NCBI GenBank assembly: GCA_965230975.1
Contig: OZ246402.1
Coordinates: 864,859 to 928,858 of the forward strand
From: an uncultured Candidatus Saccharibacteria bacterium
Lineage (GTDB): Bacteria > Patescibacteriota > Dojkabacteria > J137
Direction: 5' to 3'
DNA: 64,000 nucleotides
Under the pieces are notes generated by a model. That model was not told where the DNA came from. It ran no database searches and worked only from the letters and a program-made list of their open reading frames with translations. Numbering within the stretch: the stretch's first letter is position 1; every line of letters starts with the position of its first letter. Shown here piece by piece: positions 19,722 to 30,849 of the stretch. Both the position numbers and the translations under genes were made by a program.

Positions 19722-22700
19722 TTGTTTACTCTTCTAGCCCTGGCTTTTTCAAATTTAGTATTTGCTGCTACCAAAACTTGGGATGGAGGAGGCGCAAATA
19801 ATAATTGGAGTACTTGTGCTAATTGGAACTTAGATACTTGCCCTGCAGCAGGCGATACCGTTGTGTTTGATGGTACAAGCTCAAAGGATGTAACAGTAGA
19901 TGCAGGGTTTGCAGGTACAATTGCAGTTGTTCAAATGAATACAGGTTATAGCGGAACAATTACTTTAGCTAGAAGTTTTACAGTTACATCCACATTTACC
20001 CAATCGGCTGGAATATTTAATGGTAGCAACCAAACAATGAGTGTTACTGGTACATTTACTTTAAACAGTGGTGCATCTTTTACATCTACATCTGGAACTT
20101 TAACCTTGTCAGGAAGTGCAACAATTAATTCGGCTGCTACATTTAATAATAATGGAGGAATAGTTACTTTTGCAGGAACAGGAACAGTAACTTGGGCTTG
20201 TGGAAACAAAACGTTTAATAGTGTTGTAATTAATAGAACTGCTACCGGAGTAAACTCTGCAACAGTTGGGAGTGACTGTACATTACCATTAGGTGCTAAC
20301 CCTACAGTAAACCTTGGTACACAAGGTACATTTAATATAAACGGAACTTTAAGTGGTAGTGGGACACTTACAATTGATCCTGAAGCTACTGGATTTACAT
20401 TAGCATCTACTTCTGTATTAAATGGCTTTAATGGATTAATCTCACCTGGAGTTAGTAGCATTACTGGCTTGAATGCTGACTTTAGCTCTTATACAACATT
20501 CAATCTAACCGGAAGTTTGGGCATGACTTTAAGTACAGGTGCTAGTATTACCCTACCTGTTGGGACTGGGACCGGGATTAACCTTGCCTCACTTACTGTA
20601 AATACAGGAACTACCTTTAATTCGACATCTGGTACTTTAAATATTACAGGTTCTACGACTATTAACTCTGGGGCTACTTTTAATCATAACAGTGGAATCG
20701 TTACATTTACAGGGACGGGTAATGCAACTTTAACATGTGGAAATAAAACATTTAATAGTGTTGTAATTAATAGAACTGCAAGCGGAGTGAACTCTTTTTC
20801 TATTGGTGGCGATTGCAACTTACCTATAGGTGCCAACCCTACTATAAACTTAGGTGTCAATACACAGTTTACAATGAGTGGAATACTATCTGGGACCGGT
20901 ACATTAACAATCGACCCAGACATCACATCACTAGCTTTTGCTTCTACAACTAGCTTAAGTGGGTTTAATGGATTTGTATCACCTGGAATCACGACCATAA
21001 CTGGTATGAATGCTGACTTTAGCTCTTATACGACATTCAATCTAACTGGAAGCTTAGGCATGACTTTAAGTACAGGTGCAAGTATTACCCTACCTGTTGG
21101 GACTGGTACTGGCATCAACATTGGTGCTTTGACAGTAAACACAGGAACAGCATTTACATCTAGCAGCGGGAATATTAATGTTGCATCATCAATGACAATT
21201 AACTCTGGAGCAACTTTTAATCATAATAACGGCTCTATAACTTTTAATGGTACAGGTAATACAACCTTGGCATGTGGTAGTAAACTACTTAATAGCGTTA
21301 CTATCAACAAATCTTTCACCAGCAATTTAACATTTACCGTGGGCAGTGACTGTACATTACCTATTGGATCTTCTCCAACAATCAGCTTGGGAACAAACGG
21401 TACTTTAAACATGAATGGCACATTAACTGGGTCAGGGACATTGACTATCGACCCAGATCTAACCAGTGTAGCTTTTACCTCTACCTCTGTACTTAGCGGA
21501 TTTAATGGATTTGTATCTCCTGGAATTAGCAGTATAACCGGTATGAACGCAGACTTTAGTGGGTATACAACCTTTAACCTAACTGGTGGATTTTCTACTT
21601 CCTTAAGCACAGGTGCTAGTTTAACTCTTCCAGCTCCGACTGGGACAGGAATAAACATAGGTGCACTAACTATAAATACCGGCACTACTTTTACAGCAAG
21701 TCCTGGCATAATAAATTTATCTGCTGGACTTAGTATTAATAGTGGATCTACTTTCAATCACAACAATGGTACTTTGAATTTTAACGGGAGCTCAGATTTT
21801 TCAATAGCGTGTGGAAACAAGACCCTTAATCTTGTTACATTTAATATGACAGGTAACACTAATGATGTAACTATAGGTAGTGATTGTAATATTCCTCTTG
21901 GTAGTAATCCTAATGTAGCAATAGGTACTGTGGCTAATAATAACTTAGTAGTTAATGGTACATTATCAGGTTCTGGTACACTAACTTTTCCAGTCGCAAC
22001 AAGTAGTGTAACTATAAATTCGACAGGTGCTTTATCAGGATTTACAGGCCTTTCTGGCAGAAGTTTAACAATTGCTGGGGCAACAATAGACTTTAGCTCT
22101 TTTTCGCCTTTTGACCTTGGCGGATCATTAAACATAACATCCGGTAGCATTACACTTCCAAGTACAGTTGCGGTTGCATCAGCAAGCGTCTCTGGAGGTA
22201 CCTTTAACTCTGGTAATAGTTTATCTGTTTCGGGTGCTATGACAATATCAGGGGGTACTTTCAATGCAGGGGCACTTACTAGTGTGGGGGATAACTTTAC
22301 AGTAAGCGGAACTCCAATTTTTAATGCAAATGGAGGTGAATTTAACTTTTATGGTGTTTCTGCTGCTTTAAGTTGCAATAATATAACTTTTGGAAGTGTA
22401 ACCTTTACTGGACAAACTCAAACAAAGACTGTAAATAGTACTTGTACTTTACCATTAGGTAATAACCCTACAATTCCGCAAGCAATTACATTAAACGGTG
22501 TTTTAACAGGAACGGGAACATTGACCAATACTGCAGGTACAATTACAGCAAATACAGGTTCAAATATTACAGGCTTTACAGGATTTTCGAGTGGAGGGGC
22601 ATTGACTATTGCAGGCGCAAATATAGACTTTAGTTCTCACACATCTACAAGCATAGCAAGCAACCTTACATTAACATCGGGTAGTTTTATTGGAGGGAGC

Positions 22701-25700
22701 GCTGGAGATATGACAATTGGTGGAAATCTAGCACTTTCAAATGGGACATTTACAGCTCCTGGTGGAAATCTTTATATAGCAGGAAATTTTAACCATACAT
22801 CTGGAACATTCAACCACAATAACGGTACGGTAAATTTAAATGGAGGTAATCAAACAATTACAGGTACTACAACATTTTATAATCTAACAAAAGAGGTAAC
22901 TACAGCTAACACCTATATTTTGACAATACCAGTTACTGTCACTCAAACAATACTAAATAATTTAACCTTAAGGGGTAATAGTACATTAAATAGATTACAA
23001 CTAAGATCTAGTGGAACTCCTACTCAATATAAAATAGACCCGCAAGGTAGCAGAGACATGCTTTATATAGATGCGAAAGATGGTAATAATGTTAATGCAT
23101 CATCTTTGCAACTTGCAGGGACAGGTAGTTTAGACAGTGGTAACAATACAAACTTTGGGTTTACAAACACAGCACCTGATAACCCTACTTCACTAGGGCC
23201 AGTTAGCGTAGTAAGTGGTAATTCAATTGCGTCTTACACACCTAGCTTTACCTTTACCATTAGGGACACTGCTAACCCACTAGATACATTATCTTATCGA
23301 TTTCAGCTTTCCACATCCAGCGATTTTACAGGTTTAGTTGTTGACTATTCTTCTGCTCAATCTACGCAAGGTTCTAAAACATTCACCGTAGGGCAGGCAG
23401 TAGGGACTGGAACCTATACAGTTGGAAGTTCTGGACAATCTTTATCTGTAGGTAGTTATTACTGGAGAGTAAAATCTACAGATCAAAATGCAGCAGAATC
23501 TGCTTATACAACAGCAAATAGTGGCAATATAGCTTTCTTTATATCTGGCGCACCAAACAATCCATCTTCTTTAGGTCCAACCAGTTATGTAAACGGAAGT
23601 ATAGGAAGCAATACCCAACCAACCTTGACATTTAGTATTACTGACCCAGACATAGGAGATACTGTTAAATATAAAATTGAAATATCAAGTGTAAGTAACT
23701 TTAGTAGTTTAGTTGTAGATTACACATCTGCATTGCAAACTCAAGGTTCAACTAGTTTTACAATAGGACAAGCAGCAGGTAGTGGTACTTATTCTTCAGG
23801 TAATGCAGGACAATCACTTACAAGTGGGAGTTATTATTGGAGGGTAAAAGCTATAGATGTTTCTTTAGTAGAATCAGGATACACAACAGCAAATAGTGGA
23901 AACATTGCATTCATTGTAAATGCGATTCCTAATGCTCCAACAAACCTAGGTCCAACATCTGTTATAGATGGAAGTACTACTGTTAATAACCAACCATCCT
24001 TTACATTTGATATTTCTGACAGTGATGTATCAGATACAGTTAAATATCAAATTCAAATTGATGATTCTAGCAATTTTGCATCTCCAGTTATTACATATAC
24101 ATCTGCATTATCAGTACAAGGAAGCTTTTCGTTTACAGTTGGGCAGGCTGCTGGAACAGGTACTTATAGCGTAGGAAGTTCGGGACAAACTTTAAGTAAT
24201 GCCAGTTACTATTGGAGAGTTAGATCTACAGATAATAATAATTTGGTATCTTCTTATACAACAGCAAATAGTGGCAATATAGCTTTCTCTATTGGTGGAT
24301 ACCCTAATATACCAAGCAATCTAGGGCCTTCAAATATGATAGATGCGAGTGTAACAACAGACAATCAACCATCTTTAACCTTTGATATTACTGACCCAGA
24401 TGCATTAGATACAGTTAAATACCAAATTCAAATTGATGATACTAGCAACTTTACAACTCCTATTATAGATTACGTTTCTGATTTACAAGCGCAAGGAACA
24501 AAAACTTTTACGATTGGCCAACCAGTAGGAACTGGGACATATAATATTGGAACTGAGGGTCAACTTTTAAACTCTGATAGATATTATTGGAGAGTAAAAG
24601 CAATTGATCAAACTAGTTTAGAATCTAGCTATGTAACAGGTGGAACTGGCTTTGAGGTGACACAAATACCATATGTTCCATCAGGATTAGGCCCTAGCAA
24701 CTTAGTAGATGGAAGTACTTCAACAGATATTACACCAACACTAACATTTACAATTGGTGACCCCGATATTTCGGATAGTGTTAAATATAATATTGTAGTC
24801 TCTAGTACAAGTGATTACACATCATTAGTAGCCAATTTTACATCCGCAAATTTATCTCAAGGTTTTAAATCATATACAACTGCTGGCTTAGCAAGTGGTA
24901 GTTATTATTGGAAAGTTAGAACTATTGATCAAAATAATATAGCTTCTGATTTTACTTTAGCAAATAATGGGAATGTTGCATTTGTTATTGCGACCCCACC
25001 AAATAACCCTAACAGTTTAGGACCAACAGGGTTAGTTAATGGAAGTACAACAACAGATACTCAACCTCAATTTACATTTACCTTACACGATAACGATGTG
25101 TCTGATACAGTAAAGTATCAACTACAACTATCAACCGTCAGTAATTTTAGTAGTTTGGTAATTGACTACTCATCTGCACTTCAAGCACAAGGCGCAACTA
25201 GTTTTACAGTAGGGCAGGTAGCCGGCTTGGGAACTTATACCGTAGGGTCTGCTGGGCAAACATTAACCTCTAATAATTACTATTGGAGAGTTATGGCTAC
25301 AGACTCAACAGGATTAACATCAAGCTTTACAACCGCAAGATCTGGTTCAATAGCATTTGTTGTAAGTCAAACACCAAATTCACCTGCAAATCTTGGGCCT
25401 ACAAATGTAATTGACGGGTCTGTAAATAGCAATACTCAGCCATCATTTAGCTTTGACATCACAGACCCAGACATTTCTGATCAAGTTAAATATCAAATCC
25501 AGATTGATGATTCTAGTAATTTTGCTTCTCCTGTTGTTACATATACATCTGTATTGCAAACTCAAGGGAGTGCTACATTTACTGTAGGGCAAGCTACCGG
25601 CAGTGGAACTTATTCAGCTGGATCAGCCGGGCAAACGATTGGCAATGCAAGCTATTACTGGCGAGTTAAAACAGTAGATGCCCATGGTTTAGAATCTAGC

Positions 25701-28412
25701 TATTCAACAGCAAATAGTGGAAATATAGCTTTTGAAATAGGAGGGCTTCCTAATGCACCTACTAACCTTGGCCCTTCAAATTTAGTTGATGGAAGTTTAT
25801 CAGGTGGTTCGCAACCTACACTAACTTTTAGCATTACGGATCCAGATATTTCTGACCAAGTTAAATATCAAATTCAGATAGATGATTCAAGTAATTTTGC
25901 ATCTTTAGTTATAGATTACACATCGGATTTACAAGATCAAGGATCTGCCAGTTTTACAGTAGGCCAAGCTGCCGGAAGTGGAACATATGCTGTTGGAGCA
26001 GAAGGCCAAAACTTAACTTCGGGCAACTATTATTGGAGAGTTAAAACCATAGACCAAAATACAAATCAATCAAGTTACACAACAGCAAGAAGTGGGAGTG
26101 TAGCATTTGTACTAAGTCAAAGTCCTAACGCACCTGCTAGCTTAGGTCCTACAAACCTTATTAATGGAAGCATCGATTCAGATACAACCCCAACGCTTAC
26201 ATTTAATTTATCCGACCCAGATGCATCAGATACGGTAAGATTTCAAATACAAATAGATAATAATAGCGACTTCAGCTCTCCACTTGTAAACTATACATCT
26301 GGCACATCAAGTCAAGGGGCAAGATCATTTACCGTAGGGCAAGCAGTAGGTACGGGGTCATATTCAACTGGCAACTCAGGCCAGGTGCTTTTAAGCAATA
26401 ATTATTACTGGAGAGTTAAAACAATAGATAGTCATGGACTTGAATCATCTTATACAGTAGCAAATGGAGGTAATATCGCTTTTGAAATTACATCACCTCC
26501 AGACTTACCACAAAACATTGGTCCAGCATCTGTCACAAATGGATCTACCTTAACATCTCCTCAGCCATCGTTTATATTTGACCTTTCAGATTCTGATGCA
26601 TTTGACTTAGTTCAATACCAATTTCAACTTTCAACAATTAGCGACTTCAGTACTTTAATAATTGACTATACATCCGAACTGCAAATTCAAGATGCAGAAC
26701 AATTTATAGTTGGACAACCTGCAGGAAGCGGAACTTATACAATTGGTAACCAAGGGCAAACCTTATCTTCTGCTAGCTACTATTGGAGAGTCAGAACAAT
26801 AGATGAAAAAGGATTAATATCTAATTTTAAAGTCGCAAATTCAGGAAATGTAGCATTTAAGATTACTCAAAACCCTTTTGTGCCTTCAGATTTAGGACCA
26901 AATACTTATACTCAAGGCAGCTCATCAACAGATACTACACCTACATTCAATTTTACTTTGGGAGACCCAGATATTTCAGATACTTTAAGATACCAAATTC
27001 AAGTTGCCGATAATAGTAGCTTTAGCTCTTTGTTGGTTGATTACACCTCAAGCTTACAATCTCAAGGCTATAAGACATTTACGGTGGGGCAGGCAACTAG
27101 CGGAGGTTCTTATGCAAAAGGTTCTGTTGGTCAAAATTTATCTGCAGGCAATTTTTACTGGAGAGTGAGGACTATAGACCAAGGTGGAATAACATCAGAA
27201 TACTCACTCTCCAATTCTGGTAATATTGCATTTGTATTATCTACACCAGTTACAACACCTGTTGAGACCACAACGGATGTAACACCTGAACCTTTACCTG
27301 AAACACCGGTAGAAGAACCTACTAGCTACCCCGAACAACAAGGTGGTGAAGAAACTGATAGTGAAACTGATTCCGAAAATACTAGCACACAAAACCAACC
27401 TAATAACTTTGTATCTGCAATAATTGAAAATATATTTCCTACTAGCTATGCTGGTGTCTTTACGCCATTTATTAAAAGCATTTCGGATATTGTAAATTTA
27501 GACATTCAAATTGATCCGGAGAACGTATCGAGTGAAGACAAAGGAATTTTAATAGTTGCAACTGCCGTTGTTTCTTCTGCAGTAATATCATCTCCAACCA
27601 TATTGCTATACGGGCTTCCTGTTTTTAAAAGATCTAGAAAGAGAACTTGGGGAGTGATTTATGATTATATAACCAACCAGCCAATTGCATTTGCAACAAT
27701 AAGACTTTACAACAAAGATGGAGAATTTATAGAGCAGGGAATATCTGATATTTACGGTAGGTACAAACTTCTTCAAAGTAAAGGAAATTACAAGATAGAA
27801 GTTTTGCACTCAGATTTTGAAAAAAAATATATTTATATAACTTTAAACTCTGAACAAAGTATTGGATTAGATATTGCTTTAAATAAAAACGAAAATAAAA
27901 AGGTTAATTTACTTAACTCTATTAATATTGCTAGGCGATTTATTCAACAAAATTATTTAAAGATAAATACCCTTCTTTTCTTTTTAGGATCAATCTTCTC
28001 TTTAGTTTCGATTATTAATAATCCAAATATAGTAAATTTAATAGTTTTAATTTTATTTATAATTCAGATTATAAAAATTAGATACACTAGTATATTTGTT
28101 AAAGATTGGGGTTATGTTTATAACGCCAATACAAACCAACCAATACCAGGTGTAATAGTAAGAGTATATGATAGAGTTGATCAAACATTGAAAGATACAA
28201 TTATTACAGATTCTAAAGGTAGATTTAAATTTAATTTACCTAAGGGTAATTATAACTTAATGATTGTTTCAGACCAATATAATTTGTCAGATAGGTTTAA
28301 ATCTTCGCAAATTATTACAAAATCGGAATCAGGCAAAGAATTTATACAGCTAAATACAAAATCAGATTTTAAAATTAATTTAAAGTTAAGTTTAGTAAAA
28401 AAAACTGCGTAA
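19722..28412 (+). CDS. Giant surface/adhesin protein (2896 aa)
   Basis: Signal peptide; G/T/S/N-rich beta-solenoid-like repeats; 11 FN3/Ig-like YYWRV repeats; acidic linker; TM helices plus two carboxypeptidase-regulatory-like domains. Confidence 0.85.
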   Translation: MFTLLALAFSNLVFAATKTWDGGGANNNWSTCANWNLDTCPAAGDTVVFDGTSSKDVTVDAGFAGTIAVVQMNTGYSGTITLARSFTVTSTFTQSAGIFNGSNQTMSVTGTFTLNSGASFTSTSGTLTLSGSATINSAATFNNNGGIVTFAGTGTVTWACGNKTFNSVVINRTATGVNSATVGSDCTLPLGANPTVNLGTQGTFNINGTLSGSGTLTIDPEATGFTLASTSVLNGFNGLISPGVSSITGLNADFSSYTTFNLTGSLGMTLSTGASITLPVGTGTGINLASLTVNTGTTFNSTSGTLNITGSTTINSGATFNHNSGIVTFTGTGNATLTCGNKTFNSVVINRTASGVNSFSIGGDCNLPIGANPTINLGVNTQFTMSGILSGTGTLTIDPDITSLAFASTTSLSGFNGFVSPGITTITGMNADFSSYTTFNLTGSLGMTLSTGASITLPVGTGTGINIGALTVNTGTAFTSSSGNINVASSMTINSGATFNHNNGSITFNGTGNTTLACGSKLLNSVTINKSFTSNLTFTVGSDCTLPIGSSPTISLGTNGTLNMNGTLTGSGTLTIDPDLTSVAFTSTSVLSGFNGFVSPGISSITGMNADFSGYTTFNLTGGFSTSLSTGASLTLPAPTGTGINIGALTINTGTTFTASPGIINLSAGLSINSGSTFNHNNGTLNFNGSSDFSIACGNKTLNLVTFNMTGNTNDVTIGSDCNIPLGSNPNVAIGTVANNNLVVNGTLSGSGTLTFPVATSSVTINSTGALSGFTGLSGRSLTIAGATIDFSSFSPFDLGGSLNITSGSITLPSTVAVASASVSGGTFNSGNSLSVSGAMTISGGTFNAGALTSVGDNFTVSGTPIFNANGGEFNFYGVSAALSCNNITFGSVTFTGQTQTKTVNSTCTLPLGNNPTIPQAITLNGVLTGTGTLTNTAGTITANTGSNITGFTGFSSGGALTIAGANIDFSSHTSTSIASNLTLTSGSFIGGSAGDMTIGGNLALSNGTFTAPGGNLYIAGNFNHTSGTFNHNNGTVNLNGGNQTITGTTTFYNLTKEVTTANTYILTIPVTVTQTILNNLTLRGNSTLNRLQLRSSGTPTQYKIDPQGSRDMLYIDAKDGNNVNASSLQLAGTGSLDSGNNTNFGFTNTAPDNPTSLGPVSVVSGNSIASYTPSFTFTIRDTANPLDTLSYRFQLSTSSDFTGLVVDYSSAQSTQGSKTFTVGQAVGTGTYTVGSSGQSLSVGSYYWRVKSTDQNAAESAYTTANSGNIAFFISGAPNNPSSLGPTSYVNGSIGSNTQPTLTFSITDPDIGDTVKYKIEISSVSNFSSLVVDYTSALQTQGSTSFTIGQAAGSGTYSSGNAGQSLTSGSYYWRVKAIDVSLVESGYTTANSGNIAFIVNAIPNAPTNLGPTSVIDGSTTVNNQPSFTFDISDSDVSDTVKYQIQIDDSSNFASPVITYTSALSVQGSFSFTVGQAAGTGTYSVGSSGQTLSNASYYWRVRSTDNNNLVSSYTTANSGNIAFSIGGYPNIPSNLGPSNMIDASVTTDNQPSLTFDITDPDALDTVKYQIQIDDTSNFTTPIIDYVSDLQAQGTKTFTIGQPVGTGTYNIGTEGQLLNSDRYYWRVKAIDQTSLESSYVTGGTGFEVTQIPYVPSGLGPSNLVDGSTSTDITPTLTFTIGDPDISDSVKYNIVVSSTSDYTSLVANFTSANLSQGFKSYTTAGLASGSYYWKVRTIDQNNIASDFTLANNGNVAFVIATPPNNPNSLGPTGLVNGSTTTDTQPQFTFTLHDNDVSDTVKYQLQLSTVSNFSSLVIDYSSALQAQGATSFTVGQVAGLGTYTVGSAGQTLTSNNYYWRVMATDSTGLTSSFTTARSGSIAFVVSQTPNSPANLGPTNVIDGSVNSNTQPSFSFDITDPDISDQVKYQIQIDDSSNFASPVVTYTSVLQTQGSATFTVGQATGSGTYSAGSAGQTIGNASYYWRVKTVDAHGLESSYSTANSGNIAFEIGGLPNAPTNLGPSNLVDGSLSGGSQPTLTFSITDPDISDQVKYQIQIDDSSNFASLVIDYTSDLQDQGSASFTVGQAAGSGTYAVGAEGQNLTSGNYYWRVKTIDQNTNQSSYTTARSGSVAFVLSQSPNAPASLGPTNLINGSIDSDTTPTLTFNLSDPDASDTVRFQIQIDNNSDFSSPLVNYTSGTSSQGARSFTVGQAVGTGSYSTGNSGQVLLSNNYYWRVKTIDSHGLESSYTVANGGNIAFEITSPPDLPQNIGPASVTNGSTLTSPQPSFIFDLSDSDAFDLVQYQFQLSTISDFSTLIIDYTSELQIQDAEQFIVGQPAGSGTYTIGNQGQTLSSASYYWRVRTIDEKGLISNFKVANSGNVAFKITQNPFVPSDLGPNTYTQGSSSTDTTPTFNFTLGDPDISDTLRYQIQVADNSSFSSLLVDYTSSLQSQGYKTFTVGQATSGGSYAKGSVGQNLSAGNFYWRVRTIDQGGITSEYSLSNSGNIAFVLSTPVTTPVETTTDVTPEPLPETPVEEPTSYPEQQGGEETDSETDSENTSTQNQPNNFVSAIIENIFPTSYAGVFTPFIKSISDIVNLDIQIDPENVSSEDKGILIVATAVVSSAVISSPTILLYGLPVFKRSRKRTWGVIYDYITNQPIAFATIRLYNKDGEFIEQGISDIYGRYKLLQSKGNYKIEVLHSDFEKKYIYITLNSEQSIGLDIALNKNENKKVNLLNSINIARRFIQQNYLKINTLLFFLGSIFSLVSIINNPNIVNLIVLILFIIQIIKIRYTSIFVKDWGYVYNANTNQPIPGVIVRVYDRVDQTLKDTIITDSKGRFKFNLPKGNYNLMIVSDQYNLSDRFKSSQIITKSESGKEFIQLNTKSDFKINLKLSLVKKTA
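20050..21900 (+). repeat. Intragenic 537-bp (179-aa) tandem repeats
   Basis: GAA(T/C)GC(T/A)GACTTTAG recurs at 20471, 21008 and 21545; units 1 and 2 are near-identical at DNA level over >100 bp. Confidence 0.85.
23170..27240 (+). repeat. Eleven ~125-aa FN3/Ig-like domain repeats
   Basis: (Y/F)YW(R/K)V recurs 11 times, mostly at 375-bp spacing, with P..LGP and DTVKYQIQID motifs. Confidence 0.85.
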
Positions 28413-28435
28413 ACCCTAAAGTAATACGCAGTTTT
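28401..28435. terminator. Bidirectional terminator between the giant gene and csp
   Basis: AAAACTGCGTA-N13-TACGCAGTTTT inverted repeat overlapping the stop codon. Confidence 0.7.
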
Positions 28436-28459
28436 CAAATTCAAAGATTAAGCAACTAC

Positions 28460-28753
28460 TTATTCTTCTGTTTCTTCTTCAGATTCAGTAGTTGTAGTTT
28501 CATCTTCAGTTTGTTGTTCAGCTTTAGTTTCATCAACTGTATCTTCAACTAATTTTATTTCCACTGCGCTTAAACCTCTGTCTGTTTTAGCAATGTTAAA
28601 TGTTACCTTATCTCCTTCAAATAAGCCTCTATCTGCTAAAGTGCCTTTTAAACTACTCTTATGAAAAAATATATCTTTTTTATCTGGAGTATCTTGTGTA
28701 GAAATAAAACCGTAACCTTCGATCCTGACTTTTTTGACTGTACCTTGAGCCAT
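28460..28753 (-). CDS. Cold-shock domain protein with acidic tail
   Basis: GTVK, GYGFI (RNP1), DIFFH (RNP2), EGDKVTF. Confidence 0.9.
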   Translation of the reverse strand: MAQGTVKKVRIEGYGFISTQDTPDKKDIFFHKSSLKGTLADRGLFEGDKVTFNIAKTDRGLSAVEIKLVEDTVDETKAEQQTEDETTTTESEEETEE

Positions 28754-29021
28754 ACTAAACTTATAAAAAATATTTATAGGGAAAACTCGAAATAACTTTA
28801 AGATTATAAGAAGATTCTTACTATTATTTTAAGTATAGCACTTAACCTATTTAAACCATACTTTTTTAATAAATGAGACCTATAAGTTAGGGTGTTAAAA
28901 ATATCGACAACACTAATTTTAAATTAGTTTAAAAACGAATTATTAATACGATCAATTTTGACACTTTTGTTTTTTACTATAAAAGAGAGTACAATAAATT
29001 ATTAACCTTTATCTTATTTCC

Positions 29022-29486
29022 ATGGCCACCCTAATCTTATATAAAACTTTATGGGGTAGCACAAAACAATATGCAGAGTGGATTAAACAAGAGGTAGAAG
29101 AATCAAATATAGAAAATATTGAGAGTTATAGGTTTGATAATATTGAAGATTATGACAAGATAATTATTGGTAGTAGGGTTTACAAAAGCAATATAGAAGC
29201 TTTACCTTATATTCAAAAACATTGGGAGGTTTTATCAAAAAAACAAATCTATTTTTTTATGGTTGGGTTAATTCCTATGGATAAACCTGATTCAATAAAA
29301 TCTTTAAACTCCATACCAGAAAATATTAGAATGCAAATTAGTGGATTAATAAAATTGCCAGGTAGAATTGATTATTCCAAATTAAGCTTTTTAGATAAAC
29401 AACTGGTTAAGTTAATGGGAATTGGTGAAATAGATGGGGTAGATATATCTCACATAGCACCTATTGTTGATTGGGCAGCAAGATAG
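29022..29486 (+). CDS. Flavodoxin-domain protein (HemG-like)
   Basis: ILYKTLWGSTKQYAEWI, YDKIIIGS. Confidence 0.8.
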   Translation: MATLILYKTLWGSTKQYAEWIKQEVEESNIENIESYRFDNIEDYDKIIIGSRVYKSNIEALPYIQKHWEVLSKKQIYFFMVGLIPMDKPDSIKSLNSIPENIRMQISGLIKLPGRIDYSKLSFLDKQLVKLMGIGEIDGVDISHIAPIVDWAAR

Positions 29487-30849
29487 TTGCATTAGATTTT
29501 AAGTAACTTTTCAAAATCTTATAAGTATCAAAATCAAACTTGAACTTTTCTAATTCAGATATTTCAATATCATTACTTGTAGATTTTATTAAGCACCACT
29601 TATTAAAGGTTAACTCTTCTACTGTGCCATTTAATTCCTCTTTAATTACAACTTCAGATTCCAATGGCCATGTTTCTATTTTTAATCTTCTAAAAGCCTT
29701 TTCAAAAATTTGATTATATTCTTGAACTGATATTTTTTTGCAACAAGCACCTTTACATTTACCTAACTGATAAGAAAAACACGCACCACTACCTTTTTCT
29801 AAACCTAAAAGTTTTGGACATAAACCATGTTCTTTGGCTAAACCCTGTAATACTTCATTTAATTCCATTTTGCTTTGAAATACACAAATCACGTTATCTA
29901 GCGCATTTATATTAAAGTTGTTATCTCCATTAATTTTTGCATTTATATACCCGTTTTCATCTATAAATTGTTCTAACTTAAACATATTTCTATTTCGCCT
30001 TAACTTGCGGTTATACAACGGCTGGAATTTTTTAATTAACATTGACTCGCGAATTAGCGCCCCCAAAATTCCAGCCGTGGGGATTACTTCTATTCGCTTT
30101 AGTTTTTGATTTATATTTAAATCTTTTGAATTTGTTAAGTCGTTATAAAAATGTTCCAACACCCTACGTCGTAGGTGTTTGCTCATTCCAATGTAAAGAG
30201 GGTAGTCGTTCTCATCATAAAACAAGTAAACGCCAGGTGTTTCTGGAATATCATCTAATTTAAAGTTTCTTAAAGACTCTGGTATTGCTGCTTGTTTAAC
30301 AGATTTATTAAAGGCATCTAAAAATTCCTCTTCTACATGGTCATCTAAGGCATAATAAAAGAATGATCTTGTTGCTTCTGTGTCATAACTTGCTCTGTGT
30401 CGTTCACCATTATCAAATCTTATCCTTTCTATTATGCTGTCTAAATTATGTCGTTTGTATTGTGGGTATAAATATCTAGATAACTTTACTGTGCAGCAGT
30501 AGTTTAAATTTATGTCTAAACCGTAATCTTTTAAATGGTTTTTAATAAATGAATAATCAAAACGAGCGTTGTGGGCAACTACTATTCCATCTTTTATAAA
30601 CTCAAACAAGTCATCTGCTACATCTTCGAAAACCGGGGCTTCTTTTAAATCAGAGTATGATATGTTTGTTAGTTTTGTTATGTAAGGGTTTGGCCTAAAT
30701 CCTGGATTTAGTAGGGTATGGTATGTGTCTATTACCTGATTGTTTTTTACTTTTACTACATAAACCTCTATTATTTTATCTACCTTGTAGTTTGTGCCTG
30801 TAGTTTCTATATCTAAGAAGTTTAAAATAGTATCTTTATAACTAAGCAT
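29461..30849 (-). CDS. DEDDh 3'-5' exonuclease (DnaQ-like) fused to a UvrC/Cho-like GIY-YIG domain
   Basis: LDIETTG, VAHNARFD, HRASYD; PGVYLF...LYIGMS..LRRRV; C-terminal Cys cluster. Confidence 0.88.
   Translation of the reverse strand: MLSYKDTILNFLDIETTGTNYKVDKIIEVYVVKVKNNQVIDTYHTLLNPGFRPNPYITKLTNISYSDLKEAPVFEDVADDLFEFIKDGIVVAHNARFDYSFIKNHLKDYGLDINLNYCCTVKLSRYLYPQYKRHNLDSIIERIRFDNGERHRASYDTEATRSFFYYALDDHVEEEFLDAFNKSVKQAAIPESLRNFKLDDIPETPGVYLFYDENDYPLYIGMSKHLRRRVLEHFYNDLTNSKDLNINQKLKRIEVIPTAGILGALIRESMLIKKFQPLYNRKLRRNRNMFKLEQFIDENGYINAKINGDNNFNINALDNVICVFQSKMELNEVLQGLAKEHGLCPKLLGLEKGSGACFSYQLGKCKGACCKKISVQEYNQIFEKAFRRLKIETWPLESEVVIKEELNGTVEELTFNKWCLIKSTSNDIEISELEKFKFDFDTYKILKSYLKSNATILLPNQQ

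Noticed and set aside
19946-22264. Repeated minus-strand ORFs inside the giant gene
   Set aside because: Antisense shadows of G/T/N/S repeat codons; no independent coding signal
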